Of a DNA stretch of 64,000 nt, positions 1-13,500 are shown piece after piece. Source of the DNA: Callorhinchus milii (Eukaryota); the NCBI RefSeq assembly GCF_018977255.1, contig NW_024704742.1, positions 38,380,001-38,444,000 of the forward strand, read 5' to 3'. Made by a program: the position numbers and the translations under genes. Below the pieces are notes generated by a model that worked only from the letters and a program-made list of their open reading frames with translations, did not search any database and was not told where the DNA came from. Each line of letters starts with the position of its first letter. Position 1 is the stretch's first letter.

Positions 1-929
1 TCTCCGTAGAGATTCGTCCCAATTCCTCTCCTCAGAGGCTCGAATAATTCTAAGTTTTGGTCACCGTTTTTTATACTCTTTTTCGCCCGCCATCTGTATT
101 CTATCTCCTTTCTTCTCATTACTTCTTTCTCTAATTGTCAGTTCTAAAACCCTGCTCTTTGCCCCTGCATTCTTTTCCTATCTTCACGTTGTTTCCCTTG
201 TACCAACAAGTGGTACATTCTGCAAAAGAGGAATACTCCTCCTATTCAATCTTATCTAGCCCGACCAGATTGCCTGACTCCATGTGTTGAAGTTTCAGTA
301 ATTCATTGTGCTCCTTTCTGACTTTCCATGTGACCTGCTGATCTCAAGCTTTTTCTCAGTTTTAATGGTTAATTTTGTATACCTGCCCACACAGTTGGCC
401 TCCCATCCATTTTCCTGGTCCAATTATCCCAGGTTCCTATCTCTCCTTCCTGTAGGTCACATGCCCTTGTAAGCGCAGGTGGCCTGCCATCCATCCTCCA
501 GATCCAGCTATCCTTATCTTCCCTGGCCATGGGTCGCATTCCAGTGTACTCCTGCCTAGCTCGGTGTCTCTTTTACTGGGACTGTGTGTGTGTGTATGTG
601 TGTGTGTGTGATGCATGCCACATGGCAGTTTTTTTATTTCTTTAATTCTACTTAATTCATCTATTTACTACATGATCAATACTAGTGATTCTTATACTAT
701 AATTCCAACTGTTTACAATAGTAGCACAATTTCACAAGAAAAAGATCTCGGAGTACTTAAATATAATCCTTGCCTTTGATGTAGTGCCTTATTGTTTCAT
801 CAAGGTGTCTCAAGATTGCTTCACAGGATTTACTGTAAAGTGTAGTATAATTGTAGGTGAACATAGCAGCTGAGTTGTACACAGCAATGTCTGATAAACA
901 GCCATGAAGTGAATGACAAATGTTATCTG

Positions 930-3900
930 GGAGACATCTCCACCCTACTATCTTCCCTCTCCCTCCACTCCGAACGCCTCCTCATCCTAGGCGACTTCAA
1001 CCTTCACTTCAATTCCTTCTGCTCTACCTCTGCTGAACTTTCCTCCCTTATCTCCTCCCTCAACCTCTCCCTCCACATCCATTCAGCCACCCACATCCAC
1101 GATCGCCCCCTGGTGATCACTCAGGGCCTCACCGTCTTGGACCTCACCATCATCAACAAAGCGATCTCAGACCATCACTTAATCTCCCTTAACTCCTCAA
1201 TCGCTCTCTCCACCGCCACCCAACCCACCTCCATCTCCTACCGCCCCTGGAAAAAAATCTCCCACATCCACCCCATCCCTCTCGGCTGCCTTGGAGTCAT
1301 CTGAATTCCTTCCCCTCTGGACTTCATCCCGCAATGACCTATCCTCCTCGGTCCCTCTTCTCCACAGATCTCTCTCCTCCACTCTCGATTCCCTTGCTCC
1401 CCTCTTTTCCCGAACCATCTCCCACTCCCACTCACCATGGTACACCAGCCACCTCCGCTCCCCTAAAGACAAGTGCGTGCCGCTGAGCACACCTGGCTTA
1501 AATCAAACTTAGCGGTCCATTGGCAGATCTGTCTGAACCATATCAAATCCTACTGCTCTGCCCTCGCCTCCGCTAAATCGTTGTTCTACTCCAAGACAAT
1601 CTTGGAAGCTAAGGACAACCCCAGGCTCCTCTTCTCCATCACAAACCCGCTCCCCCGCCCCCCTCTCATGCCTGCCCATTCCTCAAATGCCAATTGCGAG
1701 ACGATGCTGGACATCCTTGAAACCAAAGTCAAGGGAATCCGCTCAGCTACCTCTTCCACTGCATCTGCTACCCCCTACCCATCCCTTCCTCCACACTTTC
1801 GAACCTGTCTTCCCCTCCTCTCTCATCACCACTATAACCCACATGAAATCAACCACCTGCTCCCTCATCCTTATCCCTCTCCTGACCTCCCAGCTCCACC
1901 TCCTTGCCCCTCTACTCACTGACATCAAAAATATCTCCCTATCCTCTGGTACTGTTCCCACCCCATTTAAAAAAAAAACGCCATCATCACTCCTGTTCTT
2001 AAAAAAAACCATCCCTGGACCTATCTCTACTTCCAAACTACCGCCCCATCTCCATCCTCCCTTTCCTCTCCAAGGTCCTGAAACGAGTTGTTGCTTCTCA
2101 CCGCTGAATCTCTTGTTCATGCCTTCATCACCTCCAGACTCGACTATACAAACACCCTGCTTGTCGGCCTTCCCAACTCCTCCCTCCACAGGATGCAGAT
2201 AATTCAGAACTCTGCAGCCCGTGTCCTCTCCTGCACCAAACTCCGTGACCCCATCTCCCCCATTCTCGCCTGACTCCATTGGCTCTCTATCCTTCAGAGG
2301 ATCCAGTTCAAGATCCTGATCCTCACCTACAAAGCCCAACATGGCCTCGCCCCACCCTACCTCTGCGACCTACTAACCCCCTACCAACCCGCCCACTCCC
2401 TCCACTCAGCCGGCTCTGGCCTGCTCCACGTCCCCCGACCCACCCGCTCCACCATTGGCGGGAGAGCCTTTAGCCACTCTGCCCCCAACCTCTGGAATTC
2501 CATTCCCCCAATCACTCCGCCTCGCCTCCTCCTTAGCTTCCTTCAAGTCCTGCCTCAAGACCCTCCTCTTTGACCATGCCATCGGTCACCTCCCCTCCCT
2601 TCTCCCCCCCCCCTCCCCCGACCCCAGCTTGGGTCTGAAATGCTGTACATTGTCCAGTGCCTTGGGACTTCCTCCCGACGTGAAAGGCGCTGTACAAATG
2701 TAATGTTATTGTTGTTGCTTCTCTGCTTCGCTCCTTCCTCTCTCGCAACTCCCTTCATGAACCCCTCCAGTCAGGTTTCCGTGTTGCCCACAGCACAGAA
2801 AGAGCCCTGGTCAAAGTGACAAATGACATTCTGTCCATTTGCGACCAGGGCTCCTTCTGCCTCCTCGTCCTCCTTGACCTCTTTGCTATCTTCGACACCG
2901 TCGACCACTTTATCCAGTTCCTAACTGGTTAAGATGGTACCTCTCACAACGCCTCCACTTTATCTCCACAAACGGCTTCTCCTTTAGCCCCCACACCATC
3001 TTGTGCGGCGTTCCTCAGGGTTCTGTCCTTGGTCCCCCTCCTCTTCAATATCTGTATGCTCCCTCTTGGTTACATCATCCGCAGACATGGGGTCAACTTC
3101 CACATGTATGGGGATGACACCCAACTTTGCCTCCACAGTTGAGTCCAGGACCACTGCTGTTCTGACAGAATGTCTGTCAGACATCAAGTCCTGGATGAGA
3201 GCTAACTTTCTTCAGTTGAAGTCAACAAGACCGAGGCTCTCCTGATTGGCTCTCGTCAGCGCCTCCTCACCTCAGGCGCCGACAGCATCACCATCCCTGG
3301 TTGCACACTCCACCTTACTAAGCCAGTCCGGAACCTTGGGGTCTTGTTTGACCCTCAACTAATCCTTTTTACCCCACATCAGCGCCATGACCCGCACTGC
3401 CTTCCCCCACCTCCGCAGCGTCGCCTGGCTCCGACACTGTCTCACACCATAGCCCACTGAAACCCTCATACATGCTTTCATTACATCGAGGCTCGACTAT
3501 GCAAACTCGTTTCTTGTCGGCCTCCCCAACTCCTCCCTTCATAGGCTGCAGATCATCCAGAACTCTGCAGCCCACATCCTCTCCTGCACTCGGCTCTGTG
3601 ATCATATCGGCTCCATCCTCGCCCGACTCCACTAGCTTCCCATTACACAGAGGATACAGTTCGAGATCCTGGTCGTCATTTTCAAAGCACTCCATGGTCT
3701 TGCTCCCGCCTACCTCTGTGACTTTCTAACCCCCTACCATCCTGCTCCGTCTCTCCGCTCAGCGGGTTCTGGTCTGCTTCACATCCCCCGCATCGCTCAC
3801 CCCACTATTGGTGGGGCGGGCCTTTTGCTACTCTGCCCCCAACCTCTGGAACTCCATCCCGCAGTCCTTCCACCTCACCCCCTTCCTTGCCTCTGTCAAG

Positions 3901-4068
3901 AACCATCTCAAGACCCTCCTCTTCGACCATGCTTTCGATCTCCCTGCTTTCCCCCCCACTGCCCTCCAACCTCCCCGACCCCCAGCTCGGGTCCAAAACT
4001 CTCTGTCCAGCACCTTGGGATGTCCTCCCGATGTGAAAGGCGCTATACAGGTGTAATGTTGTTGTTGT
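930..4068 (+). mobile_element. Degenerate L2-clade LINE (ORF2 EN-RT fragments, (TTG)n tail) with a nested second L2
   Basis: LLILGDFNLHFN (endonuclease), [10 protein letters not shown] and [10 protein letters not shown] (RT/C-terminus), frameshifted; 3' end GTGAAAGGCGCTATACAGGTGTAATGTTGTTG. Confidence 0.9.
2100..2710 (+). mobile_element. 5'-truncated L2 inserted into another L2
   Basis: Flanked by the direct repeat GTTGTTGCTTCTC (2087-2099, 2711-2723); the host L2 resumes after it. Confidence 0.8.
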
Positions 4069-4383
4069 ATCTGTGCTGCAGCATGAAATTGAATTGGCAA
4101 ATGTGGGATGAGTTTGTATTATTCCCAACAGAAAGTACAAAATCATTTAACTTGTTTATATTGGACCACAAAGCTATGTGTGTAGTCTACCTGTCTGACT
4201 CTATTCAGAGAAAAGCAACACTTGAGAAATTTGATGCAGTATTTTATATTGATGGGTTGGAGAAGTTCCTGCTAAAATATTGGTGAACATCTTTCACTTA
4301 AAGATTCAGAATGGAAGTAAAATATTGTATATGTTTTTGTCATCTGATATTAGCATTTAACATTGGTGTCTATGGCCTCCCAG

Positions 4384-4512
4384 ACACCAAACTCCCCTCA
4401 GAAGTCACTGACTGTTCCACTCACCATGGCTTTGCGGCAGCAGCTTCTCACAGTACAGCAGGCAACAACAACGTCTCCAGCCAAAGCTGCCTCAAATCAT
4501 GCCACAGTGCAG
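4384..4512 (+). CDS. LIN54: LIN54 exon ([14 protein letters not shown]...HATVQ)
   Basis: cag| ... |gtaaag, 129 nt, open phase 0-0, Q/T/S-rich like the LIN54 N-terminal half. Confidence 0.75.
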
Positions 4513-7500
4513 GTAAAGATACAGTATTAATAAACATTTCTATAACTGGCCCGAGCTACGCTCTGTGGAATTCTAAAACTGCATTATGGCATTGTTGAGT
4601 GCAGTATTGGCTTCAACTATTCTTCCTTTTAATTCATCTTAATCCATGGGTTTTACTTAGTTTAAAACCTTTGTGATCACTGGATTGCTCACAACGTAGG
4701 TTATGGCATCTTTAGATGTTTTCAATTATTTGATTCTGATGTTTTAAAATTGATCGAGCTAAACCATTTGAGATATTTGTTCTTTAGTATGAAATGTATT
4801 TTTGAATAAACTCCCTCAGCAGTTTTTGTAAATTTAAACTTGTTATTTTGAATCATCCTAGTGATTGGTACCTTGAATTGATCTTAATTTGAATCACTAT
4901 CATGTCACAATCATAGGTCATTGGTTCACTGAAGTGATTTCTGTACATTCTTTGACTGAAATTGAGGCAGTGGAAGTGAAGTTTTTTTTCTCTAAGAGAA
5001 ATTGAGAGCAATTTTAAGGGTGTATTGTATGGATTGCTTTGTAGACTTCTAGACTATACGTATAGCTTATCTGCCTGCACTTGAGAACCAAAAGAGTCCA
5101 CAATACTGTGTAGAATGAAAATCAAGTTTGGATATAAATATTATTTTGCCTCTGGGTTCTTCATGTAAGTATAGCCCAGTAGAATGTGATAACAATCTAC
5201 TCTCTTTGCTCCTGAGAGTCATAAGAGAAATTTATTTGGGGACTCTTCTAGTGAATATGAACCCATAGTATGAAAGTGTAGATACATTTCAGTGCAAGTG
5301 CCACTATTGTTCGTTGAGAAATTCTCAGGATAGTAGCAGATACTCTTCTAGAATTAGGGTTGAGCCATATTGTTTGGTCAATTATTCAGATATACAGCAT
5401 GGTCTGGTTCCAGACATTGGGTTAAAACTTTTTTGCCATTCCCAGCACTAAATTCCTCACTTTGATGAGCATAAATATCAAAAGATTAATAATATTAAGA
5501 GATGTGGATCAGTAAGATTAATGACCTGAGAAATAACAGGTTTTTAACAAATTAATGTGGCTCATTCATAGAATGCATCAACAGTTCACAATGGAGGGAA
5601 CAGTAGATCTCAGCTAACCAGAGAAACTTTCAGCTTCTCCTTTCAAGAAGTCGAATCCAATGGAATGGGAAGCCACAGCTACTACACAATTTTTTTTCAG
5701 GGAAAATGGTGAAAAGATTTAGGGTCAGGATTTTTCTGGGAGGAAATCCAATGTCACTGCCACCACCACCATGCACTCATATAGTGTCTATCTCAACGAA
5801 TAGTGCAGCTTTTGTGCAGAATGAAAACCTCAAAGCACTTAATTACGGTAGGAAGGTCTGAATAGGGAGAGTTAAGGATGATGACGAAAAGCATGGTTGA
5901 TCAGATGTTTTGGGGGAAGATTTTAAAGGCAGGCAGGGAAAAACTGAAGAGATTTTCGAAGAAAGTTCCAGAGGGCAGCTATTGCACCTCTGCTCTCTGG
6001 AACTTTCTTGCAAAACCTCTTCAGTTTTTCTCTGCCTGCCTTTAAAATCCTCCCTCCCCCAAAAAAATATCTTCAAGAAACTGGAATAGAGAGTGAACAA
6101 GTATTACAGTAGAACATAGTTGCAGCTGTTCAAGCGACAGATTTGTTACAACAGACTTCCAGTTTGAAATGTGTTCTAATCCCTTTGAACCTGGACTCAT
6201 GAGGGGTGGGGGGAATATTTAGTTGGTAGAAACAAACATTTAAAAACTTTCCAGTGTGCATGCAATTAATTGAAAGTCTTGACTAACCGTGGTGTTGATC
6301 TTCATCCCACAGTATAGATATAGAATATTATCTATAGTAATCTATATTAAAACGACAATGTCTGTCTGCGCTTCAAGAAGGATCTCAATAACCGGTTGAC
6401 GTAGAGACATGATTTATACCTCATTGGAAAGGTCTTGCATCTGGGAGTGACGTGGGCATATTTGTTTTCAGGTATCGTTCATGAGTTATTTTCAGTTTTG
6501 CGTTTTTCACTGCAGTTACACCTGGTGGTCGCTGAGTCAAAGTGGCGCTGTGGCATTGTGCGTCAGAGAGCACCTACATGTACACGCACCCACTGCATTT
6601 ACACCTGGTGGCTGGGCCGGCTGACCATTGCACTGTGGCATCCTATGTCACAGAGCACGCACATAGCCAAGCGGCAGGAGCAAAATATAGAACACATACG
6701 AAGCTAAGTCACGGCAACAACAAAATTACATTTTTAAAGTGCCAAGATCTCCTCCCACAGGAGTCCTCCCAGTTGAGTATAGATAAAGATGAAATGTCTG
6801 TCTGTGTGTCAATCTACATTCCATATTGGATCCTTTGGTTGCAGGCGAAGCTGCAACGGGTACAGCTAGTATTATACATAATAGAATATTCTATTATTAT
6901 ATCATAGATTTATACAGCATAGGAGGCCATTCAGCCCATTGTGTCTGCCGACTCTTTGAAAAGACCTATCCAAATCAATCCCGCTCCCCCGCTCTCTTCC
7001 CATAGCCCTGCAATCTTCTCCCCAAATAATTATCTACTTCTCTCTTAAAAGTTATCGAATCGGCTTCCACCACCCTTTCAAGCAACGCATTCCAGATCCG
7101 AACAACTCACTGTGTGAAAAAAAATTCTCACCTCCCCTTTGTTTCTTTTTTCACAACTATTTTAAATTGGTGTCCTCGGGTTACCGACCCACCCACCAGT
7201 GGAAATAGTTTCTCCTTGCTCACCCTATCGAATTTCCTCATAATTTTGAAAATTTCTATTAAGTCTCCTTTTAACCTTTTCTGCTCCAAGGAGAATGATT
7301 CTAGCTTCTCTAGCCTCTCCTCATAACTGAAGCCCCTCATTCCTGGTACCATCCTGGTAAATTTCCTTTGCACCCTCTACAATGCTCTGACATCTTTCCT
7401 AAAGTGTGATGCCCAGAACTGAACACAGTACTGAGGCCTAACCAGTGTTTTATAAAGGTTTATCATATCTTCCTGATTTTTGTATTCTATGCCCCCATTT

Positions 7501-10500
7501 ATAAAGCCTAGTATCCCATATGTTTTTTTTTAAACAGCTTTACCTACCTGTTCTGCCACTTTCAAAGATTTACTTATATGAACCCCCAGGTGTGTCTGTT
7601 CCTTCACTCGCTTTAAGATTCTACTATCTAACTTGTATTGTATTTTGGGAGGAAGAATGAGGAGACATATTGCTTCATATTTCTCCACATTAAACTTCAT
7701 CTGCCACGTGTCTGCCCATTTTACCAGTCTGTCTATATCCTCTTGCAGCCTACTACTATCCACCTCAGTGTTTACTACTTTTCCTAACTTAGTATCATCT
7801 GCAAACTTGGAAATTGTACTCCCTATACCCAAATCCAGGTCATTTATATAGATCAAAAAGAGCAGTGGTCCCAATACCGACCCTTGGGGAACACCACTGC
7901 ACACTTCCATCCAGTAAGAAAATCAACCATTCACCAGCACTCTCTGCTTTCCATCTCCCAGCCGGTTCTGTATCCATGCTGCCACTGTCCCTTTAATACC
8001 GTGGGCTTCTATTTTGCTTATATGTAATATATTATGTATAGAAACAGGTTTTAATCTTGCTTTGTATAAGGGAAACACAAAAATATTGCTTATGTGGACG
8101 TTTCTCAAATCAGGCATCTGTCCCTTAGCAGCCAAAAGGTTGGACTGTCCTGGTCTAGAGTAAGCGTAAGTCTTAAGACCTGGCAAGATCCAAGCACTAA
8201 ATTCCTTAAATATCCCCATTAAAGGAAACGAGGGGAAACTTAGTTATGTTGACCTCAACTTTGTTGACCTTTCAAAATACTCAAACTTTCCCTCCCAAAT
8301 TAACTTAGTAGTATCCATACCGATAGAGCGAAGCCTTAGGCAAATTTCTTTACCCCACACGCCTCTTTTTACCCACCAGTAAGTAGGAACCTGATTGTTA
8401 GTTGATTGGTGGATCGCTTTTCAGGGCTAATAATCCCTCAAAAAAGAATCATCACTCAATCCACAACTTTTTGAGGGACACTGCTGTGTGAAATTGGTTG
8501 CCTTGTTTCGCCCACAAAATATACAGTCACTACAGTTTACAATATATTCTGTGAAATGCTTTCAGACGTCTCAACAATGTGATAAGGCGCTGTATCAAAT
8601 GCAAGTATTTTTATTATAACCTGAATAGTAACCCAAGTGTCACATGTTCCATTGTGTAAATAATGGCTATAGTTGTGAAACAAAGTGAAGTTTAACCTTA
8701 ATTATGTTTTTGTGAATGCAAATTGAATACTCCAACCAAAAATGTTAGCTCTGCTGATTGTACATTGTATGTTTATTAAAAAATGAAATTTTTTGCAGTG
8801 ATCTGTCTTTTTACATAACATCTTGAATTTGTTAAATTGTTGGCAACTAGTCCCCTTTTTAATAGTTCTTAGAGACTGCATTTTTGTAAGCTTGAGAACA
8901 TTGTTTAATAAACGATCTTGAACTTTTGTTTTATTCTGAACCTGTCTCTGAACTCCCCGAGCAGACAATGAAGCCAGCTGTCCCGAATCTAGCTGTGGGA
9001 ACAGTGAATGCGACCCAGTTCAAAACCATCATCCCTCTGGCAACATCACCCAATGTTCAACAGATTCAAGTAACGGGAAGCAAGTTTCATTACGTACGCC
9101 TAGTTACAGCAACAACAGCTAGCGCCTCCCCTCACATAGCCAGCTCCAGCATTAATACGCAGCCCATATCACAAGGTTTGTTCCAAGATTTTTTTTATAT
9201 AAAGTTGCTTATGGGATGAGTTTTAAAATGTATATTACATTTTTTTCTGTTGGAGGTATTCATAACTTTAATGCTTCAAGGGTTGCAAGCAATACCTGTG
9301 AAAATTATAAGGGAATCATAAAGGATACTTTTTTGTGAGATTGATATAGTAAAGTGCTGATTTATCTGCATTAATTGGTCCCAGCTCCTTTGCAGATCAG
9401 CAAACAGTAAGATTAATTGGAGATTATGCAAAATGCAAATTAGCTTCAATGTTAGCTACAATAGTGTTCCACCTGAAGCACTACTGTAACTCTAATACCA
9501 CATTTGCTCCTTGACTCTTGTCTGTTTATGGTTAATTACAGTAAATTACTGATCACTCTTCAATCCAAGGAAAAGGGGCTCGGACTAGTTATCCGGAGTG
9601 GCAAGTTAGGCAAATGTTTCAATGCATAAATAAATGCAGCTGGGATATTGACAGCATGATGACTTAAGTGGTAGTGACATGTTAAGCCAGGGTTGAGCTA
9701 TTGGGAGTTTACAGTGTATGAAGAAATGCTATGTTAATGTAACATATCAGTTATAACATTTATGTTTTTGTAGGAATATAAGTGCAGAATAACACTTGTA
9801 TGATAACACTTATATGATAATAACAGTGTATGATACTAATTTGTACAGATTTAGTTTGACAGAGTTCATAACTTCAAGAATGTTGCTTTGGAAATGTGAG
9901 CAATTCGAGGGCAATTTTTTCTAGACAACTCTTACCGGATTCTTTGAAGTGGTTAGATTGAGGGGTTGGAGCTGGTACTCTTTCTCAACCCAGGGATATC
10001 TTTCCCCTCAATTTGAGATATATGCAAGAGAGGAAAATATTGATCTAAAGACTTTGTAATTTTTTGATAAATTAAATCCTGATTCAAGTGGTATCACTGA
10101 GTACTGGAAGTGTTCCAACATAGTTACTCTGAACAGCGATTATTTCAATCCTGGGCTTTAATTTGGAAGATTTTGGGGTGTTGCCTGTTTGTGCACTCAT
10201 GAAGGTGTGTAATGTCATTTGGGAAATGAGCACTTGCCTACCTTTGATATCAAGTGTCATCTTACACCAACAAATTACATTTGTATAATTATATTTCACT
10301 AGTTGGGAGGACATCCCAAATCATTGGAAGGTGAAGGATTTGCACCTGAGCTGGGGGTTGGAATCAGGAAGGATGAAGGGTCAGGGTACTTGCAAATTGG
10401 GCATAGAACAGATATCAAATGTGGTATAGAGTGAGGCTTGTTAGAAACTAGGGTTAGGCTGATAAATATTTGCTTGGCTCCTTTACAGCTGGTTGATAGA

Positions 10501-13500
10501 GAGGGGACTTTAATTCCATGTAATTTGGGCTGGATTCATGTTGCACTTTAATGTGATTTTTTTTCTTATTATTGAGTTACACCATTCACGTGGGTGGTGT
10601 GAAAGCTTGCAAAGTAAAAATAGTTTCTATATCTGCAAATATCATTTCCAGTCTTTCGAGTGACTTCATTTTCTGTTGTAATGCTTTTGTCCTCTTCTCC
10701 CCGCTCCCAAAACCAGCTAAATCAGTTGTGCTGAACACGCCAGTTCGTATGTCTGTCCCGATTGCACCAGCACAGAGCATAAAAAATGTGAGTAATAAAT
10801 TAAATGCACAAGTGGTGCTTGTGTGAAATTGCCTGCCACCAACTATATAGTCAATTCACTTTACAGTATATTCTGTGAAGCACTTTGAGACGTCTTGAAG
10901 ACGTGATAAGGCACTATATCAAATGCAAGGATTATTATTATTTACATGTCGTATTTGCACCTACCCAAATCACTGATTGATTGTTACAATTTTATTCTTT
11001 AACTGTGGTTGGTAGAATTCTTTTGCATGACAGAGGATTCCTCAGATTGCTTCTGTCCATTTAGTTAATTCAAAAACTGATTCTTAATATGATTCTTCTG
11101 TAACTTGTGTAAATAAATTCATCTGCTTTTGTGTGGGTGTTTCCTTGTATTTGATGATCTGTTTTTGCTTTGGGGAGAGAGGGATTTCAAGGCTTTGTTG
11201 GCTCCTTGTTAAGTGTGTGCTTCAATTGGCACAAATTGCTGATGTGGCCTGCCCCACAGGGAGAGATACTTCTTGGAATGATTCCACTTCATTTACTTGT
11301 GTACTTTCCAATAGTTGGCACAAGCAATATTGGTAGTAAGTTTAGAAAACAAATGTCTGCTCACTCTTAGTGTAGTAGATCAATGAAGTGGAGAAATGGG
11401 GGAACCTGGCCATTTTTTAAGGGCAAATAGTTTAGGAGATTGTTTTCTAGTTCAATCCTTGTACCAAATAGTTTTGGAAGCTTTTTAGCAATTTTTTTCT
11501 TTGGTCAGCCAGGTGTCTGGCACAAGAGTAAACCCATCATCTTGGCCAATAGAAAAGTGCGGATGTATTTGCCAAATTTTGCAGAGAAATGCAGATAATT
11601 TGATAAATTTTCAGGAAAATTGCAAAGGACTGATCAATGTTATTGAAAACGCATTTTGTGAAACAACCCAGATTAAAACTAGCAAACAGCGTGCAGAACC
11701 AGGGGTCTAGTACATTGTGTGTACAGGTTTGAGGCAGAGGGGGTGTTTGTAGCTGATTCCATGGAAAAAGTCCAGCCACGCTTTTCTGTTAGCCCAACCC
11801 ATCACCAGGCTTAAGAGTATTCAAACCAAGCTGAGAATTCCATACATCCCACCTACACGTGGAAATCCCAGATTTCCCAGATTGTTGGAATGGAATGCGT
11901 ACTCTTTCTCTCCCTGGAGGGACACATCCTGCTTAGCTAATTCCGGAACGTATTAGGCACAGATTGGCATGAGCCAAGGCATAGGGACGCCAGAATGTGC
12001 GTTGGGGTACTGCTGGTATCTGACCACATAGTTTGCCATTGATATTGCTGTCCGGCAAGCTTTCCCGCTGTTTGTCCAGCTAGGACCAGCCTATAATAAT
12101 AATAATAATCCTTGCATTTGATATAGCGCTTTTCACGTCGGGAGGACGTCCCAAAGCGCTTACCCTGTTAGGGCTTCGGCTTGCAGGATTAATAGGAGCT
12201 GAGTGGGATGATTCCCTGCCCCAATAATTGGTCTGCCCTTCCAAGCCCTGCCGATGTGTCAGGCTGGCTGTGCTGTCATCGGCAGTGCCCTTCAATTCTG
12301 CAGACTTGCCTGGCTCAGGAACCGGATTACTTGAGATCGTCACAGAGCGCTGACTCGATTCCAACGTTCCGTTGCCAAGCATGTCACCTTGGAGCCGGTT
12401 CAGTGTGAGAAGACCCCACTTACCTCCCTTGTCCGCCCACTCCGCCAAAGAGGGTAGCAACCCATTTAAGGCTCAGTTGAAATCCTACATTGCTTCAACG
12501 GATCAAATTGAATTGATTGACAAAATATTAGAAAATACCGCTATTAAGAAGAAGTGAGTCATTCAAACTTGATAACCCTGAAAATAAATGATTCAAGCAG
12601 CATAGAGAAAATATTGTCGCGGTAACTTTCCTTTTTGCATGAGTGTAAGATATGTTAATGTATTTCATTTATATTATTATAACTACTATATTTCTGTGAC
12701 TGGCTTTAGGTGGCTCCTAAATCCATCAGCAGCATTGCACAAATTACCCCCAACCAGCCTCAGCAGAGACTCATCATGCCTGCAACTGCATTGCCCCAGA
12801 TTCAGCCCAACTTAACTAGCCTCCCACCAGGCACTGTTCTGACACCGGCCCCTGGAACCGGCAGCATGGGCTATGCAGTGGTTCCGGCTCAGTATGTGAC
12901 ACAGGCAAGTAATATGCAATCATTCGTTCCTTTTAGAATCATTAATTGCTGATGGTTATAAGCAGCCTGAATACAGGGGTCACTTTTATTTCTTAATGCT
13001 TCATTGGACTGAGCCAATACTGATTTACTGAAGCAATGCAGTACTTACCTGGACCAAACTCTGTACTCCCATCTCACCAGTTCTGGCCAGACTCCACTGG
13101 CTCCCCATCACCGAATGGATTGACTTCAAGATCGTGTTCAAATCGATTCACTCCCCTGGAACCTCCCTAACTTTCTGACCTCCTCACTCTTCAATCCACC
13201 ACTTGGCACCTCTGCTCGACTGGCACCGGCCTCCTACTGGTCCATCACATCCTCCGCTCCACCATCGGAGGTTGTGCTTTCAACCACTACACCCCGAAAC
13301 TGTGGAACACTCTCCCTCAATCCCTCCGCCTTACCCCTCCCCTTTTAGACCGTAAGCTTACAGTCGCCTCACCCCCACCGCCAGCTCGGAGTCAGGCTCT
13401 GCCACGGTTAAACGCTCTGAAACACTACATGCTGTGATGCCTTCTACATTCAATACTTCTGTGAACACTCACAGTCTAGACTCACGTGTTTGAAAATGGT

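Noticed and set aside
909..4286. Multiple 100-200 aa ORFs
   Set aside because: Frameshifted L2 ORF2 remnants and their antisense; not host genes or an active element
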